From Eledone cirrhosa (lineage: Eukaryota), in contig OZ024740.1 in assembly GCA_964016885.1 (NCBI GenBank), positions 354,392,001-354,456,000 of the forward strand: a stretch of DNA of 64,000 nt, read 5' to 3'. Within the stretch, counting starts at the first letter, position 1; each line of letters begins with the position of its first letter. The notes under the pieces were generated by a model. It was given only the letters and a program-made list of their open reading frames with translations. It was not told the DNA's origin and searched no databases. Positions 47,742 to 61,679 of this stretch are shown one piece after another. The translations under genes were made by a program, and so were the position numbers.

Positions 47742-50622
47742 ATCATCATCATCATCTTCTTTTAACGTCCACTTTCCACGCTAGCATGGGTTAGACGGGA
47801 GTTGTCCCACTTGAGGCAAGGTTTGGTCGGGTGATCGTGTCTCGCTCATATAGGACTATCTGGCAGGTTTTCTATGGCTGGATGCCCTTCCTAACACCAA
47901 CCACATTTACAGTGTGGAACTGGGAACTTTTTACCGTGTTACCTACACGGCCACATTACAGCGTGGACTGTGTTTTTTTCTCGTGACACCTACACGATCT
48001 CGATCTCATTTATCTCATTTATTTGGACTGGATGTTGTGGTACCAACTTTATAGAGAGAGGGTGGTGTTGGTGAGAGTGGGAGGATAGGGTAGGGGTAGT
48101 GGATTGGGGTGTATATTTGGTTAAGAGGTGCCTACTGACTGTAGGTTTCGCTTTGTACATAGGCAAAGCAGGTCTTCTGTATTACTGCGTAGCGCCAAAG
48201 ATCTCGGTCCAGTGACATTGTCTTAGAGAGGTGCAAGTGTGTAAGGTCGGAATTTATCAGATCATCCCAGGTTTTTCTGGGTCTACCTACTCCGTAACTA
48301 CCATCAATTTTGATCGCCCTGCACTTTTTTATACAGCTGTCGTCTTTCATGCGCATCACATGGCCATACCAACGTAGTCTTCTCTTGAGTAAACAGCATC
48401 TGATCCCTCTTATTCCTAATTTCTCACTTAGTTCACTTATGCTTTGCCGTTCACGTATATTACTAGTAAACATCCAACGGAGCATGCATGCTTCGTTCCT
48501 TTCCAGTCTACGCAGGTCCTCTGCACGCAATGCCCATGTCTCACTGCCAAGTAGCATTGCTGTTCGTATACAAGCATCATACAATCTGCCTTTCATTTTT
48601 AGAGAGAAACCTTTTGTGGCCAACAACCGTATAAGCCTCTCTGAATTTTTTCCATCCCGTTCTGACTCTGGCTACTGTACTTTCAGAACCACCTCCACCA
48701 CTGCTGATTTCGTCACCTGGGTAACGGAAAGTGTCTACTATTTCTATAGAACCATCTGGGCAATAGAAGGGGCTAGTATCCTGTGGACACTTGCTAGCTA
48801 TTGCACCTGAGCATCGGCCACATATAAAATCTATGTTCTTAGATAGTTTACCTGTGATGCCACTACATCTTTTATGTACCCATACTTTGCATTTGGGACA
48901 TAAAATTGAATTTCTGCCTACTCCTTTCCTACACACTGAGCAAGGCCATTTCCCTGAGGGTACCTGTGCCTTATTTTCCTTTCTACAAACTAGGACTTTA
49001 GTCTTAGACAAGTTAACTTTAAGGCCTTTTGATTCTAGGCCATGCTTCCATGTTTGGAATTTCTTTTCTAGTTCAGCCATTGATTCAGCTATGAGCATTA
49101 GATCATCTGCGTATAGGAGTTCCCATGGGCAGTCGGTCTTGAACTCCTCTGTTATAGCCTGAATGGCAATAATAAATAGGAGGGGGCTAAGGACAGAGCC
49201 CTGATGAACACCAACTTTTACACTAAATTCTTCACAATATTCATTGTTAATTCTAACCTTACTGACTGTTTCATTATACATAGCTTGTATAGCTCTCACA
49301 AGCCATTCATCTACACCTAGTTTTCTAAGAGCCCACCAGATAATGGAGTGGGAGACTCTGTCACAAGCTTTTTCCAGGTCTACAAAAGCTAAGTAGAAGG
49401 GTTTACTTTTAGCTAGGTACTTCTCTTGTAGTTGTCGTACAAGGAAAAGAGTGTTTATGGTACTTTTACCTGACACAAACCCAAACTGCATTTCATCTAG
49501 ATCAATTCGCTCTCTGATTAGTTGCGCTATAACTCTTTCTGTGACCTTTATGACCTGGTCAACTAACTTAATGCCTCTATAGTTTCCTCTATCTAGAGCA
49601 TCTCCTTTACCCTTGTAGCAGTTAATGATGATGATGCTACGCCAGTCTTTTGGTATGACCCCATTCTGTATTACTTGGTTAACTATACGGATGAGCATAG
49701 TATGTCCCACCATTCCAGATGCCTTCAACATCTCAGCAACTATCTCTGAAGGCCTTGCCTGTCTTCATATCTTTGATTGCCTTACTTATTATACAACCTT
49801 TAACTTGCACCGCTGGTTCTTCTAGTGGATCGATTTGGGGCAGACTATCTTTTTCCCACTTATTCTCTTCATTTAATAGTCTCTCGTAGTGACAGTCCCA
49901 GGCTATCTTCTTATCAGCATCAGTGAGAGCAAGTACACCGGTAACATTACGGACACACTTCTCCCTGACAATATCATGGTTTTCCTTGACACATTGTCTA
50001 GCAATCCTGAACACCTCGCGTTTTTGGTCCTCATGTTGTAGAACATGCTTGAACTTTCTTTCCTCTGCTTCCCTTTTTGCAAGGTACACTCATCTCCTAG
50101 CTTTTCTCCTGGCCACTTGATAGTGCTCTCTACTTCCCCCATTCTGCCATACTTTCCAAGCCTGCTTTTTGGCCTTAATTGTCTCTTCTACCTTACTGTT
50201 CCACGACCAAGTTACTCTCCTCCTGCCAATAGGTCTGCTCCAGCCACAGATTTCATCCGTAGCTTTCAGCAGGTTCACTTTCAAGAATTGCCACTGTTCC
50301 TCTATATCACACGTCTCTAATTGCTCTTCCTTATTGTCAAAGGCATCAAGTAATAAGCTTTTAAATTTGTCAATGTCTATGGGGTCCTTCAACTTCCATA
50401 TTCTTCTCCTCAAGGTAGGCCTCCTCTGTCGTCGAGTATGTCTATTCCTGACTGTGAGGTCACTAACTACTAGGCTATGTTGGGAGGTGCATTCTTCATG
50501 GGGGAGGGATTTAGTGTTTACAACAGACACTTTGTCCCGTCTTCTAGTAAGGATATAATCTATCTGGCTGGCGTGTTCCCCTGATCTATAGGTGATCAAG
50601 TGGTTTTCACGTTTTTTAAATA
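47742..50622 (-). mobile_element. 5'-truncated RTE-clade LINE (copy C, ~2.9 kb): end of APE domain + RT + PHD, disrupted
   Basis: SQIDYIL...SQH (end of endonuclease), NYRGIKL, QFGF, FVDLEKA, QGSVLSP, YADD and C4HC3 finger. Stop at 50090, frameshifts near 49750 and 48640, (GAT)n tail. Confidence 0.96.
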
Positions 50623-52639
50623 TCAGATTCAATTTAACTGCAGTCATTTTGAACATAGGATTCTATTTGCCTAAATTCATCTTCCTCAAAATATCATCAT
50701 ACAGCAAACTGATACTTTAACCCATCTGATACCCAATGGCCTGAAGCTGCCTTGGATTTATGACACAAAACTGCTCATTTTTAAATGCTTTATCCTTACA
50801 CTTTTCATCAAAATTTTATTTTAGAAATGTTTGTTAGGTACTTTTCTAAATATCAGCTTACTTATTAATTAAATTTCTCTCTCTCTCTAATACCATCACC
50901 CATCTTTATTGCTATCATCTCTTATATTACATCCTCTGTCATCACATATTGTTGACATACTCCCTTTTCCATTAGCCTGCTTCTCTTATCACATTCTCTT
51001 TCTTCATCCTCTATAATCCTTTCATCCCAGTTTTCTTGTCATCACTCTCTGTTCTATTCACACTCATGGTCATGTCACCTTGATTCAACAGAGACAAGGA
51101 GACAATGTAGAATAGAGTAGACTCTTAGTTATTTATTTAGTTATTTATTTATTTATTTATTTATTCAATTTAAACGTCCGTATAGAGCTAGTAAGCCATG
51201 GCAGACTAGGGAAAGTATCAAGTACTCCTTATAGTTCGTAATCAAAAAGAACTAGTGTAACAAGTAATAAAAAAAAAAGACTAAAAACTAAAATAAAAAA
51301 TAAAAAGAAGAAAAGGGGAAAAAAATAAAATTAGGAAAGCAGATTATGACAATCTCACTTATAATGATGCCATGGTGAACAAATGAAGACAACATAGGGT
51401 AAAAAAAGACTTTATTTTTGCCGAGAAGACAAACTTTCTATCACTGATACCACAATAAAATGCATTCAATACATTCTGTAAAGTGTTTCATGTTTGAAGG
51501 AGCATCCAGCAGCAGATATGCCACTGACTCATCAAAGCTGGCAGTAACTCCGAATCAGATAAAATCCGGAACATGATGACCCTTCCATCCCATTCAGTGG
51601 ATGTAAAATGATGATGATGATATATATTCAAGGATCAGGAAGAGTATAGATAATAATAAAGGTATATGGGAGACATATGAAAGAGAAGAACAAAGCATTT
51701 ACAGAGTGGTGTAGCATAAGTGATATGACAGGCGTTATTTCACGCTATAAGGAATGAGGGATGAAATGATGAACAATATCAGTAATGGAGGGCTGAAGAA
51801 TGTCAGCTCTTATAAAACAATTCTTTGACATAAGTAAATATTGGATGGGATACAAAAGGCAGATGTAAACCATCGATTAAATATTAAATATAGTTTTCAA
51901 TCATAGAAGTGACAATGTAAAGAATTTTAATGTTCAGTGAAAAGAAAGTGAAGTAAACTAAAAGATCATTTATCTTTCTTCTTATTATGTCTCAAGAGAA
52001 TCAAAGTCTTGCCAAAAGATGGACAGGAATATATACTTTTCACGTCAGTTAACTTTAACATTTGATAAATACAATGTGAGAACAAAGACGTGTAGAATTG
52101 AGGAGGTAGTTAAAATATTAGTCTGAAGAAATTGATTGTCAACTAAGAAGTGCTGCTAATATAGATTAACAAATTTAAAAAAAAATGAATCCATAATAGG
52201 TTTGTAATATTGATAACAAAAAAAAAAAATTGTGACATTTCTTAAGAGATGACTCAATACAGGTCTTACAAAAAAAAGTTGTTTAAGATGAATTGTGTGC
52301 GTCTTACTGAATAATGAGCTGTGGTTTGATATTCCAACAGTGTTAAATGAATATATACATATATATTAGGTCTGAACATAATGGAATCAAGTTCCCATTG
52401 TCACAGCTTCCATCTCACTCGCTCTCCCCATCTCTCACTATTATCAGCAAAAGATAGCCCACTTATACAGTGAGATCAGAAATGTATTGATAAAGCAGGT
52501 TGCAGAGAGATAGAGTGTATATAGATTCATCTATATATGCAATACCAAGAACTGACTTGGACAGCAACAATCTGTCGAACCCATGCCAGCATTATATTAT
52601 ATCATCATCATCATATTATTATTATTATATATATATATA

Positions 52640-52829
52640 AGGCAGTGGATTGGCAGTATCGGTAGAGGGTCGGACGCCATGCTTTGCAGCAAAGAGTTAC
52701 GGCCCTTTATGGTCTGAGTTCAAATCCCGCCAAGGTTAACTTTGCCTTTCATCCTTACGGGGTCGATAAAATAAAGTACCAGTAATGTACTGGGTAATTG
52801 CTGGCCTTGTGCCAATAGTAGAAACAATT
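52640..52829 (+). mobile_element. SINE S1
   Basis: S1 consensus flanked by duplicated ATTATTATTATTATATATA. Confidence 0.9.
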
Positions 52830-54499
52830 ATTATTATTATATATATATATATATATATAACCCATGCTAGCATGAAAAATGGTCGTTAAATAATGATGAT
52901 GAGGATATATATATATATATTCAGCATTTTACATCTGCTCATTCAATCATACAAACAGTTAAACAATTACTTGTCAAAGAGTCATGAAAGCCATTTAAAA
53001 CACACATATACATATTCCATAAAATTCACTATTGTTATATTTTTTGTTAGTACTATATCTTACGAAATTTTAAATGTTTTGTCATACATCTATAACCTGG
53101 AAACTAATACAATGACACTGTATTTATTGGAAGGCAGCTATTGGCTAGTTTTTTTTATAAACCTTAAGAGATATTTGTTTACTTGTTGCTTGCTTAGCGT
53201 CTTTTACATGAGAGTTTGATATACAAGAAATATAGTAGGCCTGGATATGTCAATCTCTATGTAGTTATGGTAGATCTCAAAATATAGTTATAACATCTGT
53301 CTATAAATATATCTTATTTGTATGTTGGATTATTAAAGTTTATAGTAGAGTGTACTGTGTTTATAGAAGTGCTGATGTAGCTCACTGTTTATGGTCGGCA
53401 AAAAGCAACATTCATGTATATAAAATAAAACATGCAACTGATCAAACATGGAGCAGCACTTTCACAGCGATGGTGCCCTATTTGGACTTATGGTTAAGAC
53501 TAGATTTGTACTTTTCATGCAGAGTGATTCCATCACTTGACTTGGATCATAAGGATGTGTAGATATGATATCCTTACAGAGTCAATTTACTGAACCATGA
53601 TACATACCAAATGCATTCTTGTATTCTTTTACTGATTTCGGGCATTAGACTATAACTATGACAGGGCAGGGCCTTGAATGGAGTTAATCAATCAAATTGA
53701 CTTTAATACTTATTTTTTCCAAGTCTGGTACTAATTTCATTGTTATCTTTTCGTCAAACTGCTAAATTATGAGCCATAAATGAACAGCAAATGTAAATAC
53801 AGACAGAGATATGGACATACACACACACAGATATATATATGCCCCAGCATGGCCTCAGTCGGATGGCTGGAACAGGTAAAAGAGTAAAAGAGTATATATA
53901 CACATATATATGTGCACATGTTGGTAAAACATTGCTCCACCCAAATTGTTTTTTTTTAAATAGGAATAACTCCATAAGAAAAAAACCTTAAAGAACTATA
54001 TGAAATCTTTCAAACCATACATGACACCAACATACATTCAGACAAAACAAATATCATCATCAACACTGTTTGATATCCATGAATAAAAGTACCTTGTGCA
54101 CCTTGTAAGGTGGTTGGTATTAGGACAGGCATTCAAACCTAGAAATCATGCCAAATTGGGAAAGGATGAGCAAGATGAGTTTGCCCTGACTTTTCTGGTT
54201 TTGGATTGTGACAACTTGTCTAATCCTGCCAGCATCAAAAGCAGTCATAAAATGATGGTGATGGTGATGATGATGTTTATCATTTCATTCTGAGTATTTC
54301 AAATTAATCTATGTAAAAATATAATTTTGTTGAGAATTTTTAATGGCAATAGCTTTAAAAATTCAGTAAAACATGTAATGAGTAGGTTTGCTTGTTTTTT
54401 AACATAATGAATATAATTTTTTTTCTTCTTTTTGTTGGACTTTTCCTTCTGAACTGTCTACAACGACACCAATTTGTGAAAATAAATTAGATTACTTAC

Positions 54500-54596
54500 A
54501 TTCTTGCTTATATTTAATAAGATCTGGCCGTGACTTGACAGCAACAAGAATAAGGAAAAGGCATAATGGCCAAATAATTTCCACACCAACACGGAA
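54500..54596 (-). CDS. ABCA1: ABCA1-like exon, TM1
   Basis: TTTTTCAG acceptor, GTAAGT donor, 97 nt. FRVGVEIIWPLCLFLILVAVKSRPDLIKYKQE(C) vs ABCA1 LLLEVAWPLFIFLILISVR...EQHEC. Phase 0 to 1. Confidence 0.93.
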
Positions 54597-55643
54597 CTGA
54601 AAAATAACAAGAAAACGTTATTACAATGGATTGAAGTAGGTTTTAAATTGACAAATGTCATTCTTGATATGAAGTATAGTTAGTTTAATTCAATTTAAAT
54701 ACAAATAATTTTAATTTTGGTAAAGAAGAGGTTAAGTGGATTCTGACATTTAAAAGATAATATATTCATGAGTCCTTTACTGCAAGGAAGTGTCATTTTA
54801 GCCATTTTAAAACAAACAAAAACTGTTAACTTTACTTTATATATATATATATATATATATATCATTTATTAGTGTCAAAATTTGTGTCACACTCTCTGCA
54901 ACTGAGTTGAAATTTTGGCATCCGGGAGGGTATCAAAAGAACACAAACAAATGACTTTTATTTTGAAATACATAAGCAACCAGATCTGTTTGATCCCTTC
55001 CCAGACCGAATGTACAACAATCAAAGAAAATTATAATTTCTTTCCAGTGACATTAAATAACACTTTAAAATTCTGAATTTCCATTTCAAACCACTAGGTG
55101 AAACTTTTACTGCAAGTAACTGCTACTCACTGATATAAAATAAATTATCACACTCAAATTTATGTAGAGAGGTTTATTATCATGAATAGGTTTGACAAAG
55201 TCCTAGATTGGTGACTGGCGCGAATAAGACCACAAAACTGCAATATGGTGAGAGCTGCTATTTCTCTGAATTGAGAGATCACAGCTTCAATACTATAGGC
55301 ATGTGGTTCAAATGGCTCAGGAAAGAATCACTGGACAGATCTTATTGGCAAAGCCTACTGGCAGGAGATCCAAGGGTCTCCAAGCAAGATGTTTGGGAGT
55401 GTATGCGTGTATCAATTTGATAAAAAGAGATACACAAAATTAGTACCAAACTTGAAAAAATAAGTACTGGGGTTGATATGACCTACCAAACCAAAGTGAT
55501 GTCCTAGCAGAGCCACAGTCTTATGACTGAAACCAATAAAAGAACAAAAGATTATACACATGCACACACAAATATGTACACAAACACATACACATATATA
55601 TCATCATCACCATTTAACGTCCATTTTTCCATGCTAGCATGGG

Positions 55644-55674
<31 letters not shown>

Positions 55675-55943
55675 CCATTTAACCCATGCTAGCATGGAAG
55701 TTGGACGATGATGATGATATACATATATATATATATATAGCAGAAGGACGTGTGTTTTTTCCTGCCGGCAGTATATCACTAAATCGGATTTCATCTGGGG
55801 ATACCGTTCTCATAACAACAACGAATGCATGAAAGACTTCTTGATTGCATGGAGAACCGTTGAAATAATTATAATGATTAAAAGATTTATGTAACATCAG
55901 CATTTTTATTTTTGTTATTTTTATATATATATAGATAGATAGG

Positions 55944-57117
55944 GAGAAAGGGCCTCAAAGTCAACATGACAAAGACTAAGGTCCTTATAAGTAGACGAGA
56001 AAACAGAACCCAGATCCCCTCAGGGAAATGGCCTTGCTCAGTATGTAGGAAAGGTGTAGGTAGGAACTCCATTCTTTGCCCCAAATGCAAACAATGGGTA
56101 CACAAGAGATGTAGCGGGATCCCAGGAAGCTTAATTAAGAATGTAGGATTCACATGCAGCAGCTGTGCTGAAACAGCAAGCAAACAGCCACAGGAAACAA
56201 GTACCACCAATCTCTGGGAGGGCCCTGTAGAAACAGTAGACAGCTTCTGCTACCTAGGTGACCGAATTAGCAACGGAGGTGGGTGCTCAGAAAGTACAAT
56301 AACTAGGGTAAGAACGGGATGGAAGAAGTTTAGGGAACTACTACCACTGCTAGCTGCAAAAGGCTTCTCCCTCAGAATGAAAGGCAGACTGTATGATGCG
56401 TGTATCCGAACAGCGATGTTGCATGGTAGTGAGACCTGGGCGCTGAAGGTGGAAGACTTACGTAGATTAGAGAGAAACGAAGCCTGCATGCTCCGATGGA
56501 TGTGTAACAGTAATATACGTGAACGACAAAGCATAAATGAATTGAGAGAGAGACTGAGCATAAGAGGAATCAAATGCTGCGTGCAGGAGAGGCGGTTACG
56601 CTGGTATGGACATGTGATGCGTATGAAGGATGACAGCTGCATAAAAAGGTGCAGAGCACTAGAAGTTGATGGAAACCGCGGAGTGGGGAGACCCAAGATG
56701 ACTTGGGATGAGGTGATAAAAGCCGACCTTACCCAACTACACCTCTCAAAGTCAATGACACACGACCGTGACTTCTGGCGTCACGCAGTAATACAGGGTA
56801 CCCGACCTCCCATGGGTACATGCTGAAGCATATAAACAATATGCCCCCCCCCCCCACCGCAAGGTGGTCGTGGAGGTGCCACGGCAAAAAAGCACCCAGC
56901 CCACACTGTAAAGTGGACGTGTAGGCGCCACGAAAAAGCACCCAGCACTCACTGTAAATGAGGTTGGTGTTAGGAAGGGCATCCAGCTGTAGAAATCAAG
57001 CCAGATCAGTTCCTGTATGAGCAAGGCATGGTCAGCCGACCAGACACTGCCCACAACAGGACAACCCGTCTAACCCATGCTAGCGTGGAAGAACGGACGT
57101 AAAACGGTGATGATGAT
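55944..57117 (+). mobile_element. 5'-truncated RTE-clade LINE (copy D, distinct subfamily) with PHD finger
   Basis: Open frame to 56826: KGLKVNMTKTK, C4HC3, FCYLG, LRWYGHV. 3'UTR carries the 48-bp units and a (GAT)n tail. Confidence 0.95.
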
Positions 57118-57514
57118 ATATTTTAATATAGAAATGGCTTCTACAGAACTAGAACTGTTTCATTCGAAGGAAATCATCAGGAAAGCCCAAAAGATGAGAT
57201 TTGGGTTTTGCTTGATTAACAAGTCTGATGAGCAGACAGGGGCTGGTGTAGGGTCTATAATATTAAGATTGATCACGAGTCACCCATCTGTGAAATGTTC
57301 AATACTGAGCCTAATCAATAAAAACCTCAATGTGAAACCTCATTTTGTTTTTATATATAAATACATACATATACATACATAGATTATAGACATACACATA
57401 GATATATATATACTTGTGTTATAAGCTGTTAACTAACCAGGGTTGTGTATGCAACATTCCAATCAGTAACTGATGACACAATTAGGTTCAAGAATTCAAT
57501 GGCATGCCTATCCT

Positions 57515-57763
57515 TTAACCCTTTAGTGTTCAAACCGGCTTTCTCTACCTCTTTCTGTTGAAACAGCCAGTTTCTCCAGAATTCTCTTTCTGTTGAAACT
57601 GGCTGTAACTGGCTGCTCAAACTGATGTTAATGTATTGTTTTCAAAATAAATACTTTCAAAATCTCATAGATTTGATATTATGTGAGATAATTATGTGAG
57701 GTAAAGCCTTTACCATTAAAATATAATAGTATATATAAAATAATGTGAATGCTAAAGAGTTAA
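57515..57763. mobile_element. TTAA MITE family 1 copy (reverse)
   Basis: TTAACCCTTTAG ... GCTAAAGAGTTAA. Confidence 0.65.
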
Positions 57764-59293
57764 AATGCGATTTAGATATACATGGTTTTCTCTCTTCACT
57801 TCTTCTTGAGTCATCTTTCCATTGAAGGTGGAGTATTTTATTTTATTTTTTTTTTTTTTGCTTTTTCTAATGGCTAAAATATGTGGCTCACTACACCTGC
57901 ATACTCATAAATGTGTCCACTAACATGAGCAGTTGTACCAAACCATTGTCAAATTAATAGTCTATCAACTGTGAAGTCACTGGTGTTCACAAGGCCTAGC
58001 TCATCTAATTAAATTAATCAGTCACTGCTTACTATGAGACATACAGGTTTTTTTTTATCAAGGCTTTCTTTTTTAAATACAACCTGTTCTGCTAGATTAT
58101 CCCATGATAGCCATATCAGAAGCACCTCATGTAGGATGTGGCTTTTCACCAAGCAGGTCGATCTTCAAACTGAGAGAGGTTAGGTGCTCAGCTTGAAGGA
58201 GCATATATTCCATGTTATCAGTTTATTGAGTGGCATGCTCAACAAACACTGAGACACACAAAGACACCACAAAAGACCATCCAGTGCCAACCCATGAAAG
58301 CTATTACAGCTCTGCACACTCTTAAGTTAACATACACATATTTACACACCCACACAATTTATACATATGTAGACATTATTGGATTAAATAAACATACAGT
58401 ATATTATTAAATATATAATATGTACATTCATATATTTATATACACATACACACACGCATACATATATGTTTGATGTATTTATCAAATGTTGTCTATAGTA
58501 ATTAAAGAAAATAGAATAAAAATGTTGTGTTACTAAATCAGTAAGAAGTAAAAAAAAACATATATTTAGCAATTGTTTCACTCCAAAGCACTGTCTTAGT
58601 CTTTACTAATCCTAAGCCTGGATTTAGACTACTTTTTCATAACTGTACATAGTCAATGAAATCTACATGACATTACAAGATTTTCATGCATTAGTCAATT
58701 ATGAGTAATAGCTATATTTAGCCTATGACTCTATTGTTGTTTTATTTTATTTTTTAGAGAAACTGCTAAGTCATATCAATGTGTTAGCTCACAAACTGTG
58801 ATGTCAATATGTTCTATACTGCACTCACTTGTTGTGTCACACAATAAGACTCTATAGTAATATGCTTCTATTCATAAACCTTTTAGCATTTAAACTGGCC
58901 GTATCCAAGTAGAATTCTCTCACCTCTTTCTGTTTAAACCTGTTGTACCCGGCCGCTCATACTGATAGTAAAGGCTTTATGTGAGATAAAGCCTTTACCA
59001 TGAAAATATAATAGTAAATATAGAGTAATGTAAATGCTAAAGGGCTAATTAATCTCTGACAATCCTACAAAATTATCAATTGTCTCATTATCTCACAACA
59101 CTAAGTTCAAAATACTCTGTGAAGTTAGTTTTTTTTTTTTTTGTTCGTTCATTATAAAAATAATATTTGTGTGTTAATCAAGATTTTGTGGTAGTTCCAT
59201 GATCTTCATAGATTCTCCCAGACTGGTGAAACCTGATAGGGTTGATGCCTTAGCCTGAATATCAGGGGCAGAGAGAACACTATGGGTCTAGTC

Positions 59294-59462
59294 CAGTGCC
59301 GGATTTAAGACAAATGAGGCCCTGTGCGAGTTAAGTTATGAGGCCCCTTACTCATAAAAAAATTCATTGTAAAAAATTTTTTGGCAGGAAGATGGTCCCT
59401 CTCCCCAGCCAAAGGGGTCCTGTGTTTAAGTATACCTAAGCACAATGATAAATCTGGCAATA
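59294..59462. mobile_element. hAT-like MITE
   Basis: CAGTGCCGGATTTA ... TAAATCTGGCAATA termini; degenerate 8-bp TSD GTCTAGTC/GTCTGATC. Confidence 0.6.
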
Positions 59463-61679
59463 GTCTGATCTAAATACTTGAAACAGAATGAATTTGACCA
59501 AAAGTATTTAATGACTAAGTGGTGATGTTAAATCAGGAATTGTGTTATGGGCAATGAAATGGAGAACCACTGCAGACTATTCTTTTTTGAATGTCTACCT
59601 ACAGTAGACTTATAGAAGTAACCATAATATAGACATTACTACAACTATACTGGCTACTATCACACCCTATTTCTGTAGACAACTATATTTTTACACCAAC
59701 TAGTATATAATATATTCATGATAGTTTTTATAAACTGAGTGAATACAAAGAAGTATTGAATAAGCTATTTGCATTATCAAGTCATAGGCTGCATATTAAA
59801 ATCTACTAGAGGTATTATCAAGTAACAAGTATACAATTAGATGTCAATATCAGAGAAAACAAAAATTGTTACACTGCATTTACATTCTCCTCTGACCCTT
59901 GCATAACGCATAAACTTGACGTTTCTTTTTCCTTCCCTTATAAATATGAAAGCCTGTGCATGAACCTTAGGGGTTCATTGGATTTTAAAGGGCTCATTGT
60001 GTTTGCTACTTAACTTTGGCTTCTGTTGATTGAAGGAAATAAGAGCAAAATATTTTAATAGGACACCTAGAGCCAGATTAAGTCATTTTGAGGCCAAAAG
60101 CACTTTGTGGTGCCTCCTCTCTGCCCCTTCAATAATTAAAGTCTGCAAAAGCAAATGGGGGTTAGGGGTGACAAATATACTTAATTTGCATAAAATGATT
60201 CTCTTCTCTTCCCTTGATGCCCTAAGCGTGTGATTATTTTGTTTAATATGATAAACTATCATCCTAATCATCATCATCTTATGTTCACTTTCAATGTTGG
60301 AAAAAGTTAGAGGCGTTCTCAGGGTCTGAAACTAGAGTGATCATGTAACTTCATCTTGCTCCCACATTTCAGATTTTGACATGGTTTCTACTGCTGGATG
60401 CCCTTCTACTTTACAGAATGTACCAGCAGCTTTTATCACAGTATCAGCAATACTACTTTACAGTGTACGGGGTGTATCTTACTGTGGCACCAATACTAGA
60501 GAGGTCATATTTTTGGTCAAACTGAAAAGTCCTTTCTACCCTATACTGTTTTCATTCAATTGCCAGCCACTTTACAGTGGTACCACCACTAGAGACTTTC
60601 TCAGGCACTCAACATGTATAGAGAGCCCTCTCTACCCTATGTTACCTTGGTTATTCAAGGGAGGCTAAAAGGGATCTTGCATCACATTTTCTTTAAAAAT
60701 CATAGTTCTTGTACTGGTTAGCAGGTCTTTTGTATTATGGAATCCCTTCCATGATTTTCAGTTTCTTGAGGCATCTCCTATATATTTTTACTGAGAATGA
60801 GAACCAGAATTATGAGTTCCAGTTGTTTAAAGAATTGTTTTTAATACAACACACCCTGGGGTAGAGAGAGGGCTCTTCATTTGAGTCAATGGCCAACACC
60901 CTCTCAAGTGTTGAAAAATGCACCCAGTACACCCTGTAAGGGAGTTGGCAACCCACTGTCGAAGTTCTGCCAAAAAAGAATCAAGAGGACTCTCTACTGT
61001 GTCAAGAGCATGACAACTTCTGAAGTGGTGATCTACCCAATAAACACACCCAGTACACTCTGTAAAGTGGTTGGTGATAGGAAGTACACATAACCATAGG
61101 AAACCTGTGAAACAAAAGGTTAGGGGGACTCGTCTTCAGTTGTGTCAAAGACATAATAACCATGCAGGTGCTGTGATAAATTGCAAAAGTAGAGCAGGAG
61201 AACCTTTGTGGGCATGATGCAAGACTCTGACTTGTCAGTATGATTAGTAGCTCTGCTTCAGTACTACCCCAGACTTTGACAACACGTGCAACCCTTACTA
61301 GCAAGGAAAATGGACATTAATTGGTCATCATTGACAACAAATTTTGACATTAGGAGAGCACACTTGATTAAATCATCTACAGTACATGTCTAATTGGACT
61401 TACCTCCACCTCCCACTGTGGGATAACCCTCACCCTCCTTGACAAGCACCCCCACTCCTATCACTGTTTTCCTAGCTTGGCCAAGGACACAATGTGCGCC
61501 CTGTGTTGAAAGGTGCTAGTGCTAGTGCCTCAGCAAAACCTCCCATCTACTCTGTAAAGTGGTAGTGCTGGTTACTTGATAAAATGCACCCAGTCCACTT
61601 TTCTGATCACTCCTAATAGTATTTCCTGCAACAAAAGGTCCAGCTGAACAACAAACATGTTGATTTCCTTCCAACTAAA

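Noticed and set aside
51125-51440. Possible LINE 3' fragment with a (TAAA)n tail on the minus strand
   Set aside because: No recognisable protein motif or TSD; too weak to call.
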